64,000 bases of DNA. Origin: Octopus sinensis. Its lineage: Eukaryota. Shown in pieces: positions 26,187-39,440 of the stretch (position 1 is its first letter; each line of letters opens with the position of its first letter). Both the position numbers and the translations under genes were made by a program. Location of the stretch: assembly GCF_006345805.1 (NCBI RefSeq), contig NC_042998.1, forward strand, positions 159,526,001 to 159,590,000. The letters run 5' to 3'. The notes below the pieces were generated by a model. That model was not told the origin of the DNA and did no database searches. It saw only the letters and a list, made by a program, of their open reading frames with translations.

Positions 26187-26707
26187 TGGTGAATCCACAT
26201 CATATTGTTACTTATGCAACTTTGCTGATGTCTGATGTTCCAACGATGACATGGAATATCTTGAACACCTTTTTCACGTCATTTCCTATGATACATAAAA
26301 CAACTTCAACCAGGGTATCATAAATTTTGTTTTGGACAATAAATGTGGTCCTTTGATATTTTCTGATTTTTGCTTAGCTAAGGACTGAAGATGTAGGAGT
26401 TCCAAAATGTTAACATGGTTAATATCAGGAACTTTGTGTAAGTTTCTGTGGCCTTCTGAATTACTTTGTGCAGTTTTTTTTTCTTTTTGTGGGATAGGGA
26501 TGCAATAAGCAACGGAGCTTTGATAATAATTGTCAAATATTCTCAGCTTTGTATTACCTGAAACTTGTGTACAGTATTGTCAGGGCCATCTTAACATCAT
26601 TATAGGCCCCCAAGCAAATCAGTGCACTAGGCTCTGTAGTATTTATTGGCAGAAAGCCATAGTACATGTAGATCAGAATTGTGCCCCTAGACACAGGAGG
26701 CCCTTGG
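26187..26707 (+). other. Two phase-compatible candidate exons (26187-26314, 26653-26707) of an unidentified host gene
   Basis: TTTCTCTTTCAG acceptor, open VNPHHIVTYATLLMSDVPTMTWNILNTFFTSFPMIHKTTSTR and a GT donor in phase 0, then KAIVHVDQNCAPRHRRPL with a GTAACT donor. No recognised homology. Confidence 0.25.
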
Positions 26708-29073
26708 GTAACTGCTCAGTATGTTCATGCCTTAAGATGACCCTGAGTGTAGTTGATCTAACACTGATGTGCCATGTTTTGAGTTTGTACTATAATTTAT
26801 TCATTTCACCTGGACTACAGACAATAAGCTCTTTTCACATACTTTGTGAAGTGGTTTGTCTTTTTCTAATTTTCAAAAGAAAAAGGTTCATTATTTATGA
26901 ACACTTAGAAGCTTCATACAGAGTTTATCACTTTTGAATATTATAGATAAACCAAGTTATTGCTTGTGTCTAAATTGACTGATTTAGTCATAGTAATATT
27001 GTCCCGTGGAGGCAGGAAATCAAGTGGAACATCACAGGCTGCAACAATCTCTTCATCATATTTGTCCTCTTCCTTTTCTTTCTGTCTTTTTTAACTTTAT
27101 ACACATAAACACATGCAAAAACATAATTGCATCATTCTGCTTAGTTTTACATTTCCATTTATTTCTACATTTCTTTCCTTAAAGGTAAACGGTTAAAAAC
27201 TTTATTATAAGCACAGGCATGGCTGTGTGATAAGAAGCTTGCTTCCCAATCACATGGTTCTGGGTTCAGTCTCACCATCTGGCACCTTAACCCTAACCCT
27301 ACTAACAGCCTTGGGCTGACCAAAGCCTCATGAGTGGATTTGGTAGACAGAAACTGAAAAAAGCCCATTGTATATACATATGTAATTTATTATATATCTA
27401 TGTGTGTATCTTTGTGTCTCTGTTTGTCCCCCCACCACCACTTGATAACCGGTGTTGGTGTGTTCACATCCCCATAACTTAGCAATTTGGCAAAAGAGAC
27501 CGATAGAAATAAGTGCTAGGCTTTAAAAAAAGTCCTGGGGTTGATTTGTTTGACTAAAATTCTTCAAAGCAGTGCCCCAGCATGGCCACAGTCAAATGAC
27601 TGAATCAAATAAAAGATAAAAGATAAAAGTTAAAAGATATCTATATTATGATTAAATTTCATTGCATCATTGAAGGGAGGAGAGTGATTATGCCAATAAT
27701 AAAGACACACACACTGATTTTATTTCACTTCTTTGTTATTCATTAATTGGTTATATATTTGACCAATTAACTAATTGATTGTTTGATTAATCATTCAGTT
27801 AATCAATCAATCACTTATGTTTGTCAAAGTCTTTCCATCACCATTTGTACCCTCTTTCTTGATATGTCCTCTCTACTTCAGGTCAGCTTCAGGTCTGTCC
27901 TATTTAATTAATTAGATTTTTGATACCTTAATTGTTTACTTATTAGTATCAGTCACTACGACTAGTACTAACACTATTATAATTACTAATGACTGCTTCT
28001 TATTTAGCCAATACAATAAAATGGCTGTGAAGTACCTTGGTACTTGACTAGTACTTTATTTTAACCTCCTCTCTGTCAATTATGATGAAGAGTGTTCCAG
28101 TTGATCTGATCAACAGAACAACCTGCTCATGAAATTAACATGCAAGCAGCTGAGCACTTCACAGACACATGAACCCTTAATGTACTCCTCAAAGAGATTC
28201 AACATAACACAGAGTGTGACAAGGTTGGCTCTTTGAATTACATATACAACCCATGTTTGCCAGTTGAGTGAACTAGAGCAATGAGAAATAAAGTGTCTTG
28301 GTCAAGGACACAGCGCATCGCCAGGAATCAAACTCATGGTCTTATGATCATTAGCCAAGTACCTTGGCCACTAAGCCCTGAGGCTTTATCTTTTACTTGT
28401 TTCAGACATTAGCCTGAGGCCATGCTGGGGCACTGTCTTGAAGAATTTTAGTCAAACTAAGCAACCCCAGTATTTATTCTATCTTTCTCTTTTGACAAAC
28501 TAGGGATGTAAACACACCAACACCAGTTGTCAAGCTGTGGTGAAGGACAAACACAGGCACAAAGATACACATATATATACAACAGGCTTCTTTCAGTTTT
28601 TGTCAGCCAAACCTACTGACAAGGCTTTGGTCAGCCCGAGGCTATAGTAGAAGACACTTGCCCAAGGCTCCTCTTCTTTATTTTATTAACCCCAAAAAAG
28701 AAAGAAAGGTAAAGTTGACTTCAGTCAGATGTAAATAGCCAGATTATGATCAGTAATTAAATCAACAATGAGTGAGATTCTCCGTGGCCACTCAGATTGC
28801 TAGCAATGGCCAAATCCTGATAAATTGCATCTCTTTACCATCTTGAGAATTAAAAGGACAGAATTGAATAATATAGTCCTATATATACTATACTTCAATG
28901 AAAGATGAAGTGGGCATGGCTGGAATATCTTCAACAACAACAAAGCAATTTCCCATCATCCATACTACCAATACTAGCAGTTACATGGTGTCATTATGCC
29001 TTCTCAGTGATTAAATATCTCATATAAAGGAACTAAGATTTATGCTGCCTTGGTTCATATGTCTCTTTATATA

Positions 29074-29301
29074 CAGTACCATGCAAAAGTCTTTGGCCAC
29101 TATTGTAAATTTCTGCTAATTGCTAACTTATAAGTAGATGTTTCACATTGCATTTTTTACAGGTAAAACATTGGCCCTGTCAGAGTCATTTCCATACCTA
29201 ATCATTATATTTTGTAGTTGGGAGTCTGAATGAGAGGGGAAGATGCAAGATGATCACCAAAAATGGCCATGCAAAAGTTTTCAGCCACCTCACCAAACAA
29301 G

Positions 29302-29340
<39 letters not shown>

Positions 29341-31036
29341 ATCAGGCTGAGTAAAAAGTAAGCAACATTTTGAAACATCAAATTCATCACAATATATTTC
29401 AACAATGTGGAAATTTTATTCATCAAAATAAGTACCATTACAATCAACACATTTCTGCCAATGAGTTACAAGTTTGTTTATTCCACTAACATAAAGATCT
29501 GGAGTTCTCGAGATGATGAACTCTTTGAATGCACTTTCAGCATCAGTTTGATTTTTGAACTCCTTCTCTCGCTGGAAACCATCAAGGTGCTTGAAAAAGT
29601 GGTAGTTGGTAGGAGAAAGGTCTGGAGAATAAGCTGGGTAGGGAAGAACTTCCCAGCCAGGGTCCCTCAACTTCTGGAACATCATTAGGGAAACGGGCAG
29701 TCAAACATTGTCAAGAAGAATGATTGGCTCTCTTCTGTTGACCAGTCTGGGACAGAGTTGTAGCAGTTTTTCAACCCTTTTTGGCAATTTCATGGCAATA
29801 TGTTTCTGCAGTAATGGTTTTTCCAGGTTTTAAGAAGTTGCAGTGGATGAATCCAGCAGTACACCACCAAACAGTTACCATAACCTTTTTGAAGAGCTCG
29901 AGTTTAGGGAAGGTTTTCAGTGTTTCATTTTGGTCCAGCCACTGCAAAGAACGTTTTTTATTATTGTACAGAATCCACTTTTCATTGCAAGTTACAATAC
30001 AGTTGAGAAATGGATCTGTCTGCTTACAGAGAAGCGATGAACAAATTTCATATCTGTGCATTTCTTGACTTTCATTCAAATTGTATGGTACTCAATTGTC
30101 AAGATTTTTTGATTTTCCAATCACATGCAAATGGTTGCAAGCAGTTTTCTGGCTAACTTGAAGTTCTTTTGCCAGTTTTCGAGTGGTTTTACATGGATCT
30201 TTCTCAATGACAGTCTTTAATTGTCTGTCATTAATGACAGATGGGCTTCCACTATGATCATGATCTTCAAGGCTCAGGTTTCCACGTGAAATCATTTAAA
30301 CCATTTTAGAGCAGACCACTTACTGGTCATTTCATCACCAAATGTTTCGTTGATATCATGAGCAATTCACGAATATTGCACTTTGACAGTTCTATTTACG
30401 ATGATTGTAACAATAGTAACAAAAATGTCAATGTTAATTTATTGAAGCATTTGGGCAAGTCTACATCTCTAATATCAGATAACTGCAAAAAATGTTTTAA
30501 GAATATTCAAACTCCGGTACAAATTCTTCATGGTTCAAAACGTTGCTAACTCAACCTGATAAAACAGAAAAATATCCACGCAATCTTGAAGAGTTGTGGG
30601 AACTCATCCACAGAGAATGGTATCTCATACCTGTGAAGATGAAGGATTTATGCACATCTCTTCCCAGGCACATTGAAGCAATTATTCAAGCTAAGGGAAG
30701 CCTCATGAAATATTAGCAATGTACAGTAACTTCTTGAAATAAACATTATGTAATGAATTTTCATTATAGACATTTTTTTGTTTTAAAACACTGTTTCTTG
30801 ATTGGTTTATGTCAGGTGGCTGAAAGCTTTTGCATTGCCATTTTTGGTGGTTGTCTCACATTTTCTCCTCTCATTCAGAACCCCTACTACAAAATATAAG
30901 GATTAGGTATGGAAATGACTCCAACAGGGCCAATGTTTCATCTGTAAAAAATGCAATGCAAAACATTCACTCATAAGTTGGCAATTGTTAAAAATTCACA
31001 ATAGTTTAAAGTGGCAAGTTCTTTTCCATGGTACTG
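29074..31036 (+). mobile_element. IR-DR-type Tc1 element (long ~230-bp TIRs), internally deleted and interrupted by a mariner
   Basis: TA-CAGTACCATGCAAAAGT...TTTTCCATGGTACTG-TA. Long inverted repeats contain an inner direct repeat CATGCAAAAGTTTTCAGCCAC. A C-terminal peptide EELWELIHREWYLIP...SLPRHIEAIIQAKGSLMKY* lies at about 30586-30717. Confidence 0.85.
29342..30559 (-). mobile_element. Near full-length degenerate mariner nested in the Tc1 element
   Basis: TA-flanked TIRs TCAGGCTGAGT... / ...ACTCAACCTGA. Peptides SLEDHDHSGSP, IVTCNEKWILYNN, KKVMVTVWW, PYPAYSPDLSPTNYHFF and HWQKCVDCNGTYFD. Confidence 0.9.
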
Positions 31037-31158
31037 TACATACCTATATATACATACTCATCCACAAAGTATGAGGATGGGTGTCAAACTTCTTAACCAC
31101 AAAGCCACACCTGTAGATATACAGATATATAAATAGATAGACAGACAGATATATATAT

Positions 31159-31476
31159 GTCCTCACACTTAACTGCTTCTCGTTCATGGGTGATTTTTAC
31201 CAGCAGGTCTCAGGAGTGGCCATGGGAACAAGAATGGGCTCCAACTATGTGAACCTGTTTGTTGGCTACGTTGAGGTCCAAATATTCTTAAGTTTCACTG
31301 GTCCCACTCCTGAACTATACAGTCATTATATTGATGACTGTATCGCCATAACCTCACTCTCCCGCGAACATATCGACTCCTTCCTCTCTTTCGTCAAATC
31401 TTTCCATCCTTCCCTCCACTTCTCCTGCACTATTTCCGATACCTCAGTCACCTTTCTCAACATTTTGGTCAGCTAG
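31159..31476 (+). pseudogene. Penelope-like RT fragment
   Basis: VLTLNCFSFMGDFYQQVSGVAMGTRMGSNYVNLFVG...YSHYIDDC...HPSLHFS...VTFLNI, matching PLE RT motifs B-E. Confidence 0.88.
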
Positions 31477-31920
31477 AGGTGTTGGCCTCTTGGAGCTAAT
31501 CAACAGCAGCATTCATCCTATATTTCTGGACTGCCATATTAGCTTGGTGATAACTATTCATATCCAGTACCGCTGCTGTAGTCTCCTTTCGAGAGACTTA
31601 GAAATTTTAATATTTCTATTTTTGAAAAACCAGTGGATGTCTTCCACTGAATTTAGGTAAATAATCCTTTGAAAAGACGGTTAGTAGGGACGCCTGTTGG
31701 GTTTGGCTGCTCTGCATTGATAAGGGGCAAATACCCTGAAACTAGTCTGCAGATGCCTGACCAGCAAGGAGAAGCGGTTGACCTCCCCTGTTCGAAGGTT
31801 ATAATGGACACAGGTTTGTGTGTCACATAGCTAGCTAGAGGCGATGGCTTCTTGGAGCTAATCAATGGCAGCATTCATCCTATATTTCTGGACTGCCATA
31901 TTAGCTTGGCAACAACTATT
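31471..31920 (+). repeat. ~88-bp direct repeats (31471-31558, 31833-31920), period 362 bp, flanking a hammerhead; pseudo-LTR or retrozyme-like
   Basis: AGCTAGAGG...GGAGCTAATCAA...CATTCATCCTATATTTCTGGACTGCCATATTAGCTTGG occurs twice. Confidence 0.85.
31711..31753 (+). ncRNA. Minimal type-I hammerhead ribozyme motif with U3-A8 core variant
   Basis: TCTGCA-TTGATAA-GGGG caaata CCCT-GAA-ACTAGT-C-TGCAGA. Stem I is a perfect 6 bp, stem III is palindromic (ACTAGT), and the GUC triplet ends at 31747. Confidence 0.75.
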
Positions 31921-32156
31921 AATATATATATATAGAGAGAGAGAGATTAGATAGATAGATAGATAGCTATAGATATACGACAGGCTACTTTCAATTTCTA
32001 CCAAATCCACTCACAAACCTTTGGTTGGCCCGAGGCTATAGTAGAAGATACTTGCTGGGACTGAATCCAGAACCATGTGGTTGATAAGCAAGCTACTTCC
32101 CACTCAGCCACTCCTGCGCCCATATCTATCTGTCTATCTATCTATCTATCTATCTA

Positions 32157-32200
<44 letters not shown>

Positions 32201-32334
32201 TAATATTTAGCAAAAGCAATAGAGTGACTCAACTCAATGGCCAAGAATTTCATTTGTTGGCACTTATCAAATCAGGTAAGATATAGTGTAGTATTGCTTC
32301 TGCTAAATATTAATATATACATTTATATAAATAT

Positions 32335-32366
<32 letters not shown>

Positions 32367-35184
32367 GTATATATATATATATATTTGTGTGTGTGCATGC
32401 ACGTGAATATACATATCTGTGTGTTTGTGTGTGTGTGTGTGTGTGTGTAGAATATTTTTATATTGGTTTCAGTCACTGGACTGCAGCCATGCGAGGGCAC
32501 CTCCTTCAAACATATAGTTGACCACATCGATCCCAATACTTGTTTTTGTGTCTGGAACTTATTTTTATCTATTTTTCATTATTTGAACTGCTAACTTATG
32601 GGACATAAAGAAAGATAAACAAAACCATTTTTGGATGCCATGATTTTGATCTATCCCAGACAGATTATGCAAATGTACATCTGCAGATGATGCATTAGGT
32701 GGAAAAAAAACGAAATTGATATGATTTAGATGCATCATTAGTATTTTATGGAGTTGATTTATGTATTTTAGGAAATAAGCAATGTGATTTAAATATATCA
32801 TTTTTGAATCTGATGTATCATAGGGAAATGGATAATATGATTTAGGATATATCATACTTGAGTGGAAGTTAATCGATATTTAGAAAAATAGGGTGTGATT
32901 CAGATATTTTATTATAGCAACAACTGATATAGGTTGGCAAAATGGATTTATAAAATACACAAAGATGCACACACACATATATGTGTGCATGTATATATAT
33001 ATATATTATAGATAGATAGATAGATAGACAAAGACAGACAGATTAATAGATACTTGTACATTATCTTTATATATATACACACACACACAATCATGCAGAT
33101 GTACACACACATCCTCATCACCAGCATCATCATCATCATCATTATCATCATCTACACCACCACCATTATCACTATCACTATTTTACAGTTGATTCCCATG
33201 CCAGCATGGGGCTATATACACATGTATCTTCATGTGTATGCATATGTGTGTGCACGCACATGTGTGCGTGTGTGTGTGTGTATGCATGCATGCATGTGTA
33301 CAATTCTCCCCCTTAATGATATCCCATTTCAATGATATTATTATTATTTCCTTTTTTTTTTTTAAGTTATAAAAATAAAAATTTCACAGTTAATGTCATA
33401 AAATACATGCTAAACATTCATAATGACTGCTTTCAAAGTTTAATTACCGCAATGTATCTCACAGCATGTGTATGAGTGTTCTTTTATTCCTTCAGTCATT
33501 CAGTTGGTATGCATGTTGATGTTATACATGCATACTGTTTTCACTTTCTATCTGCTCCTCTTTCATCTTAAAACTTTTGAATAAATTTATTATCAGTTCA
33601 CGCAAATATTATGAAAATGCTGGAGAAGAAGTTTTAACAATAGTAACAGCGATACATGTTTATTCCTTTTCTTTCAAAAGGATCAATGATGCTTTTAAAC
33701 ATATTCAAAAAGCAAATGAGATTTTAAGCACAGAATCTCACGATTCTTATTGCTGATGAAGTAAAAGAAAGTTGCAGCAAATCAAAATCTTTCTTATATC
33801 TGCTATCTTTCTTATATCTGCCATTCTATATGCACACACACAGACACACACACACACACACACACTCACACACACACACTCACACACACACTCACGCACA
33901 CGCATGCATGTACACATACACACACACATGTATATATTTGATAAGCACAGTATGACTGAATAGGAAAGAAGTTTGCTTTGCAACTATGAAGTCTCAGATT
34001 CAATCTCAGAGCAAGGCATTTTAGACTTCTGTCATTTTCTATACCCTCGGGGTGATCCATACCTTGTGTCTGAAATTGAGAAGATGGTCACTTGCCTGTG
34101 TTTAATCTATGATCTACTGAAGGGCTGTTATTCTTGTCTCTTTGTTGATTATTTACTAGGCCTGATGAAACTTTTTAATTTGTTCCATTGTTTGAGTTCC
34201 TTTGCTTGTATATTTACTGATTGTACCAGTTATTCTAATTAAAGTTGGATTCCTTTTTTTTTGTTGTTCTTGTCAAGTTTGATTTTAAATATATCATAAT
34301 GTTGATGTGAATTTTGATTTGGTCAACATTAAGATATCTTTAAACACTTAGCTGTTTATTGGCAGAGGATTTGAATTTCACTGCAAATTAAAGATACATT
34401 TATCAATGGAACAGTTTGAGAATGTTTAATATTGTGAATTGTATTTCGTGGTCATGTGGCTAAGTTTTGAAGTGCTCATTGCATTGCTCGTGTATGTATT
34501 TATTGTAGAATTGGTGGTTTTTAAAGCTTTCGCTTTCGTTTTTGGCAAGCAGTATTGTTACCCTTCTTTTATTCAAATACATATATTTATATATATATAT
34601 ATATATATATATGCATACACACACACATATATATATATATAAATAGATGTGCGTATTTTTCCGTTGTTAACAATTAACACAGAAAAAATAGATAAATAGT
34701 TACCAGGATAGCAAGAAATCACACAAGTAAACCTGTGTCGGAAGTAAAAGTATTTAAATTACACCTGTGTTAAATTCCATTTATGTATATATATATAAAC
34801 ATGCATATCAAAACAAGGGATTGTTTCATTTACTAATAAGAGTAACAAAATTCTACATGTAGTAGAAAACATGTAAGATATATCCTATTCGAAATATATA
34901 TACCAAAAACTCCTCAATAACTGCATGACAAAAAGTAAACCCCAACATATAAATACTATAAACAAAGGAGCAAAAGAATTGTGACAAAGCTACAAGTAGA
35001 AACAAGAAAGCTGACCCCTATTATAACAAGGCCCTAGCCATCAGTGACATCAATGATAAATTAATATATAATCCCTCTAATAATAATCAAAATATTAATA
35101 ATAGATCTAGGAGCATCAAAGATAAAGTAATACATAACCATTCCAGTATTAATCAGAATAATAATAATAAGAGACCTAAAAATA

Positions 35185-35861
35185 AGCCAAGAAAAATTGT
35201 TAGGTTCACTCCTCCCTTTTCCCTTAATATGAAAACTAACATAGGTAAAAGATACCTGTCTCTCCTAGACAAACACTTTCCAGCAACTCACAGATGAAGG
35301 AAAATACTTGATAGGCATTCTGTGAAATTATCATATAGCTGCTGCCCCAATATGAAGAGTATCATTACATGTAGTCAATACCAAAATCCTAAATCCAGTT
35401 GCAGCAGTCATGACCCAGGATCCTGTCTACTTGACTAATGATGAATGATAAAATCTATCATATATGAGGCAAAAGTTACTGAAACCCTAAATAATAATAC
35501 AACTGATAAGAAGACCTATATTGGATTATGTGAAGGTGAATTTAAAAATTGCTATGCCAATCACATAGCCTTCTTCCAACAAAGAGACAAAAGTAAAGCT
35601 ACTAAGTTGGCTAGCAACGTATGGACTTTGAAAGATAACAAAATATCATATGTGATTAAATTGAAAGTAGTTGAGAAATCCATACCTTATGTGAATGGAT
35701 CGAATAAATGTAGACTTTGTTTGGATGAAAGAGTACAGGTCCTGTTCAGATCTAAGATCCCTAACTCTCTATTCAACTCCATGTCAGAAATTTTCAGTGG
35801 TTGCATGCATATGTATAAATATATTATAAAGAATTGGAAAATTCCATCAATTCCTGACTGA
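35185..35861 (+). pseudogene. PLE C-terminal linker plus GIY-YIG endonuclease remnant (stops and frameshifts)
   Basis: [26 protein letters not shown]...VKLSYSCCPNM, followed by KSIIYEAKV...TYIGLCEGEFKNCYANH...CRLCLDER. Confidence 0.88.
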
Positions 35862-36073
35862 CTTGATATCTTTCCAGCTTTTTCATTTGAGGTCTAAGGA
35901 GGATAGCTCTTTTAGTTTTCTACTTTTTACTTTTCAATTTTTACATTTTAGCTTTTGTGTTTCCATTTTCTGTTGTTTACTTTCTGCTTTTTCTATATGC
36001 TGCCTTCTTGTCTTCATTGCGTTTCTTCTATTTATTCAATTTTTTATTTTGTTATGATTTATGATATGTGGTT

Positions 36074-36127
36074 TGCACCTGACGAATATGTTTGTTTTTT
36101 CTCAATATGTGAAACTATTAGTAGCAC
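36074..36127 (+). ncRNA. Hammerhead-like motif downstream of a PLE endonuclease remnant
   Basis: CTGACGA-ATATG...TATGT-GAA-ACTA T TAGT-A-GCAC. Stems II and III can form; stem I is weak. Confidence 0.4.
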
Positions 36128-36249
36128 TTTATTACATGTATTGTGACCTTTAAATAATATTTATCATTCATTGGATGGAGTACTTTTTTTGTTGAATTTT
36201 CTATCATGGAACAGTACATTATATATATATTCTTAGAATAAATAAATAA

Positions 36250-36292
<43 letters not shown>

Positions 36293-36999
36293 TAATTGAA
36301 TTATATGCCTATTAGAGTACTGTTATTTCATTCAAGTTGTTCTTTTTTTTTTTGTTATTCACATGGTAGCAGTATAGATAAGCTTTATTCTTCTTCTAAG
36401 AAAGAGGTAATTATGTAATATTTATTGTAACATATGATATCAATTGTAAAGTGTCAGTTAGAATCTAGTTCTTTTAAATTGTATGTAGACGCATTTTTCA
36501 ATGCATCAACTCATCAGTATAGCTTCTGGATAATTATAAAAATGTTACTTATAAACTTAGGTTGAAATTAAGTTCATCACAGTTGTATTTAAGTTTACAC
36601 AGGATGAAATGAAATGAAACTGTAAAGTGAATTTGCATTCACTAAATTGCATTTGCTTAGAAAGTACCCCAATACTTACTTTTTGTTAAGCCTACTACTC
36701 ATTCTATCAGTTTCTTTTGCTGAACTTCTAAGTTACTGGCACATAAACACACCAACACTGGTTGTCTAGCAGTGGTGGAGGACAAACATAGACACAAAGA
36801 CACACACACATATATTCTTTTAGCTTCCATTTACCAAATCCACTCACAAGGCTTCCATCAGTGCCAGGCTATAGTAGAAGACACATGCCTAAAGTGCCAC
36901 ACAGTGGGACTGAACCTTGAACCAAACTATGTGATGGAGAAGCAAGCTTCTTATTTCTTTACTGCCCACAAGGGGCTACACACAGAGAAGACAAATGGA

Positions 37000-37170
37000 T
37001 TAAGTCGATTATATCGACCCCAGTGTGTAACTGGTACTTAATTTATCGACCCCGAAAGGATGAAAGGCAAAGTCGACCTCGGCGGAATTTGAACTCAGAA
37101 CGTAACAGCAGACGAAATACGGCTATGCATTTCGCCCAGCGTGCTAACGTTTCTGCCAGCTCGCCACCAC
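37000..37170 (-). mobile_element. Third SINE family; related copies at about 22915-23070, 38035-38270, 44470-44600
   Basis: Recurrent block ATCGACCCCGAAAGGATGAAAGGCAAAGTCGACCTCGGCGGAATTTGAACTCAGAAC and its reverse complement. Confidence 0.75.
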
Positions 37171-38871
37171 ACAGCTTCTTACCACACAGCTACACCTAGA
37201 AAGTTTTTCTTATAGATGATTCTTCACTTGTGTAGAATGAAGCCAATATTTGATGTGAAAGGGAATTATTCAATCATGCAGTCAGGTCTTATGTCGGAGC
37301 AACAGTCACAGAGTTTACTGTAATTATAATAGCAACAAACAGCTTTGAATATTCATTTCCTTATTAAGAATCAGATTTAACTTTTTGGTATTTGTTCATC
37401 ATTCATCATCAGCAACAATAATGATAACAACTGCAATCAAGCAAAACAAAAGCAGGAACATTTGTATTTATTATAATGTTAAGTTGCAGGCATGGGTAGA
37501 TGCAGTTTGCATGGTTGTGTGGTTGCTCAGTTTGCTTTGCAACCACATATTTCTGGGTTCAATTCCACTGTGTGGCATCTTGGGCAAGTGTCTTCTATTA
37601 TAGCCTTGGACCAGGAAATGCCTTGAGGAGGAAATTTGGTAGCTCAGTATGTGTGCATGTGTGTGTAAGTGTGTTTTTCCATGTAATCTTTTATTAGTGA
37701 TTCTTGTCTGCATCTCCTATAACCAATGCAACTAAGCAGTTTTATTGGTTTCAAGGAATAAAAAATTTCTTACTGGAGAAATATATAAGGGTTGGTAACA
37801 AGAAGGGCATCCAACCATGGAATACTGCTTTGGTAGGTTTCATCTAACCCATGACAGCATGGAAAAGTAGTCACGGCGAAGATGGTGATGATGTTGATGA
37901 TGATGATGATGATGAAGTGTTATATTCAATTATTTTCGCTGTACTTCAAGTTTTCTGCCAAATAAGCAATTCTCAGAAAATTTTCTAACTGTTTTTGTTT
38001 AACCTCAGGTCAGCCTTGATCAAGCTGATATAAACTCAAGGGGTGGCTAGCTGGCAGAATCATTAGCATGCCTGGCAAAATGCTTGGCAGTATTTCACCT
38101 GCCGTTACATTCTGAGTTCAAATTCCACTGAGTTCGACTTTGCCGTTCATCATTTTAGGGCTGATTAAATAAGTACCAGTTACACGCTGGGGTCGATGTA
38201 ATTGACTTAATCCCTTTGTCTGTCCTTGTTTGTCCCCTCTATGTTTAGACCCCCTGTGGGCAATATAAAAATAGATATAAGCTCTAAGGATTTCTAACCA
38301 TGACCATCCCTCTTATTTTCAAGCCCAGTGTATCCAGGATATGCTTTTCTTTATGTCATAGTTATGTAGGAGTTAATACAGTACAGGAAAGGAGCAATGT
38401 AGGTCAAAATATATATCTTCCTCACTGTAAAATATATAATATATATAAGAAATTGTATAATATGGTTTAGGATATATCATAAAGATACATCATTAGTTAT
38501 GATTAATAAAATAAAAAATGGACATCTCAGAGTTATTTTCTTTTAAAATTCAGCATAAGACAGCATAATTCCAGAACCCATTAGTGTAAAATGTATATTT
38601 AAGCTCAGCATCAATCAGAAAGAATGAATGGCAAGAATAACTTAGGATAGCAACAGGTTCATGATTGTTCTATAAATGACTTCATAAAATAGGTTGGACA
38701 GGCATCGGGCAAGTTATTTCTGTGAGACAGACACAGAATTTTCCAATAATGCCACTTGAAGCAGAGCTCTAGAGAGAATGCCTAACTACTCAGAAATCAA
38801 TATCATTCACCACTTCTACCACTTCCCCACATTGCTATGGAACCCATCAGCAGAGTTTTGTATACAGCAAC

Positions 38872-38903
<32 letters not shown>

Positions 38904-39440
38904 CTATCTCAATCATCATCATCATTGTCATTATTGCCATCATCATCATCATATTTATCATTATCATCATCTTCATCATGAACAGCAGCAGTAGAAGCAT
39001 CACCATCAATAGTGTTTCATTGCATCATCATTGCCATCAACTCATTCATTGACATCAGCATCTTCATCTTCATTATCAGTGCCATCATTATTATCATAGC
39101 ATTGCTACCCCTTCCACCACCATTACCACCACCACCATTACCACCACCACCATTAACCACTATCACCACCATCACAACCACCATCACCACCACCACCACC
39201 ACCACCACCACCACTGTCATCATCATCAGTATCATCATTACTATCATTGCTGTTGTCACCTCCACCACCACCATTCAGTACCATCCCCATCACCACAACC
39301 ACCACTATCACCACCACCACCACCACCACCACCACCATCAACATCATCATCTTCATCATTACATTGTTGCTACCGTCATCACTACCATCATCATAGCCAT
39401 CATTATTGTCACTACTATAACCATCATGATTACATCACAA
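38872..39440. repeat. Compound (CAT)n/(CAC)n microsatellite tract
   Basis: Direct inspection. Confidence 0.95.

Noticed and set aside
27288-27300. Telomere-like (CCCTAA)2
   Set aside because: Only two units, inside a SINE.
33597-34242. Exon-like segments (SRKYYENAGEEVLTI; RINDAFKHIQKANEILSTESHDSYC*; ORF 33973-34242)
   Set aside because: Splice phases are not consistently resolved and there is no recognisable homology; these may be UTR or intron.
36484-36520. Minus-strand CTGATGAG...GAAAAATGCGTC hammerhead-like string (similar case at about 54470-54510)
   Set aside because: Stems I and II need several non-CpG mismatches, so it could be a chance match.
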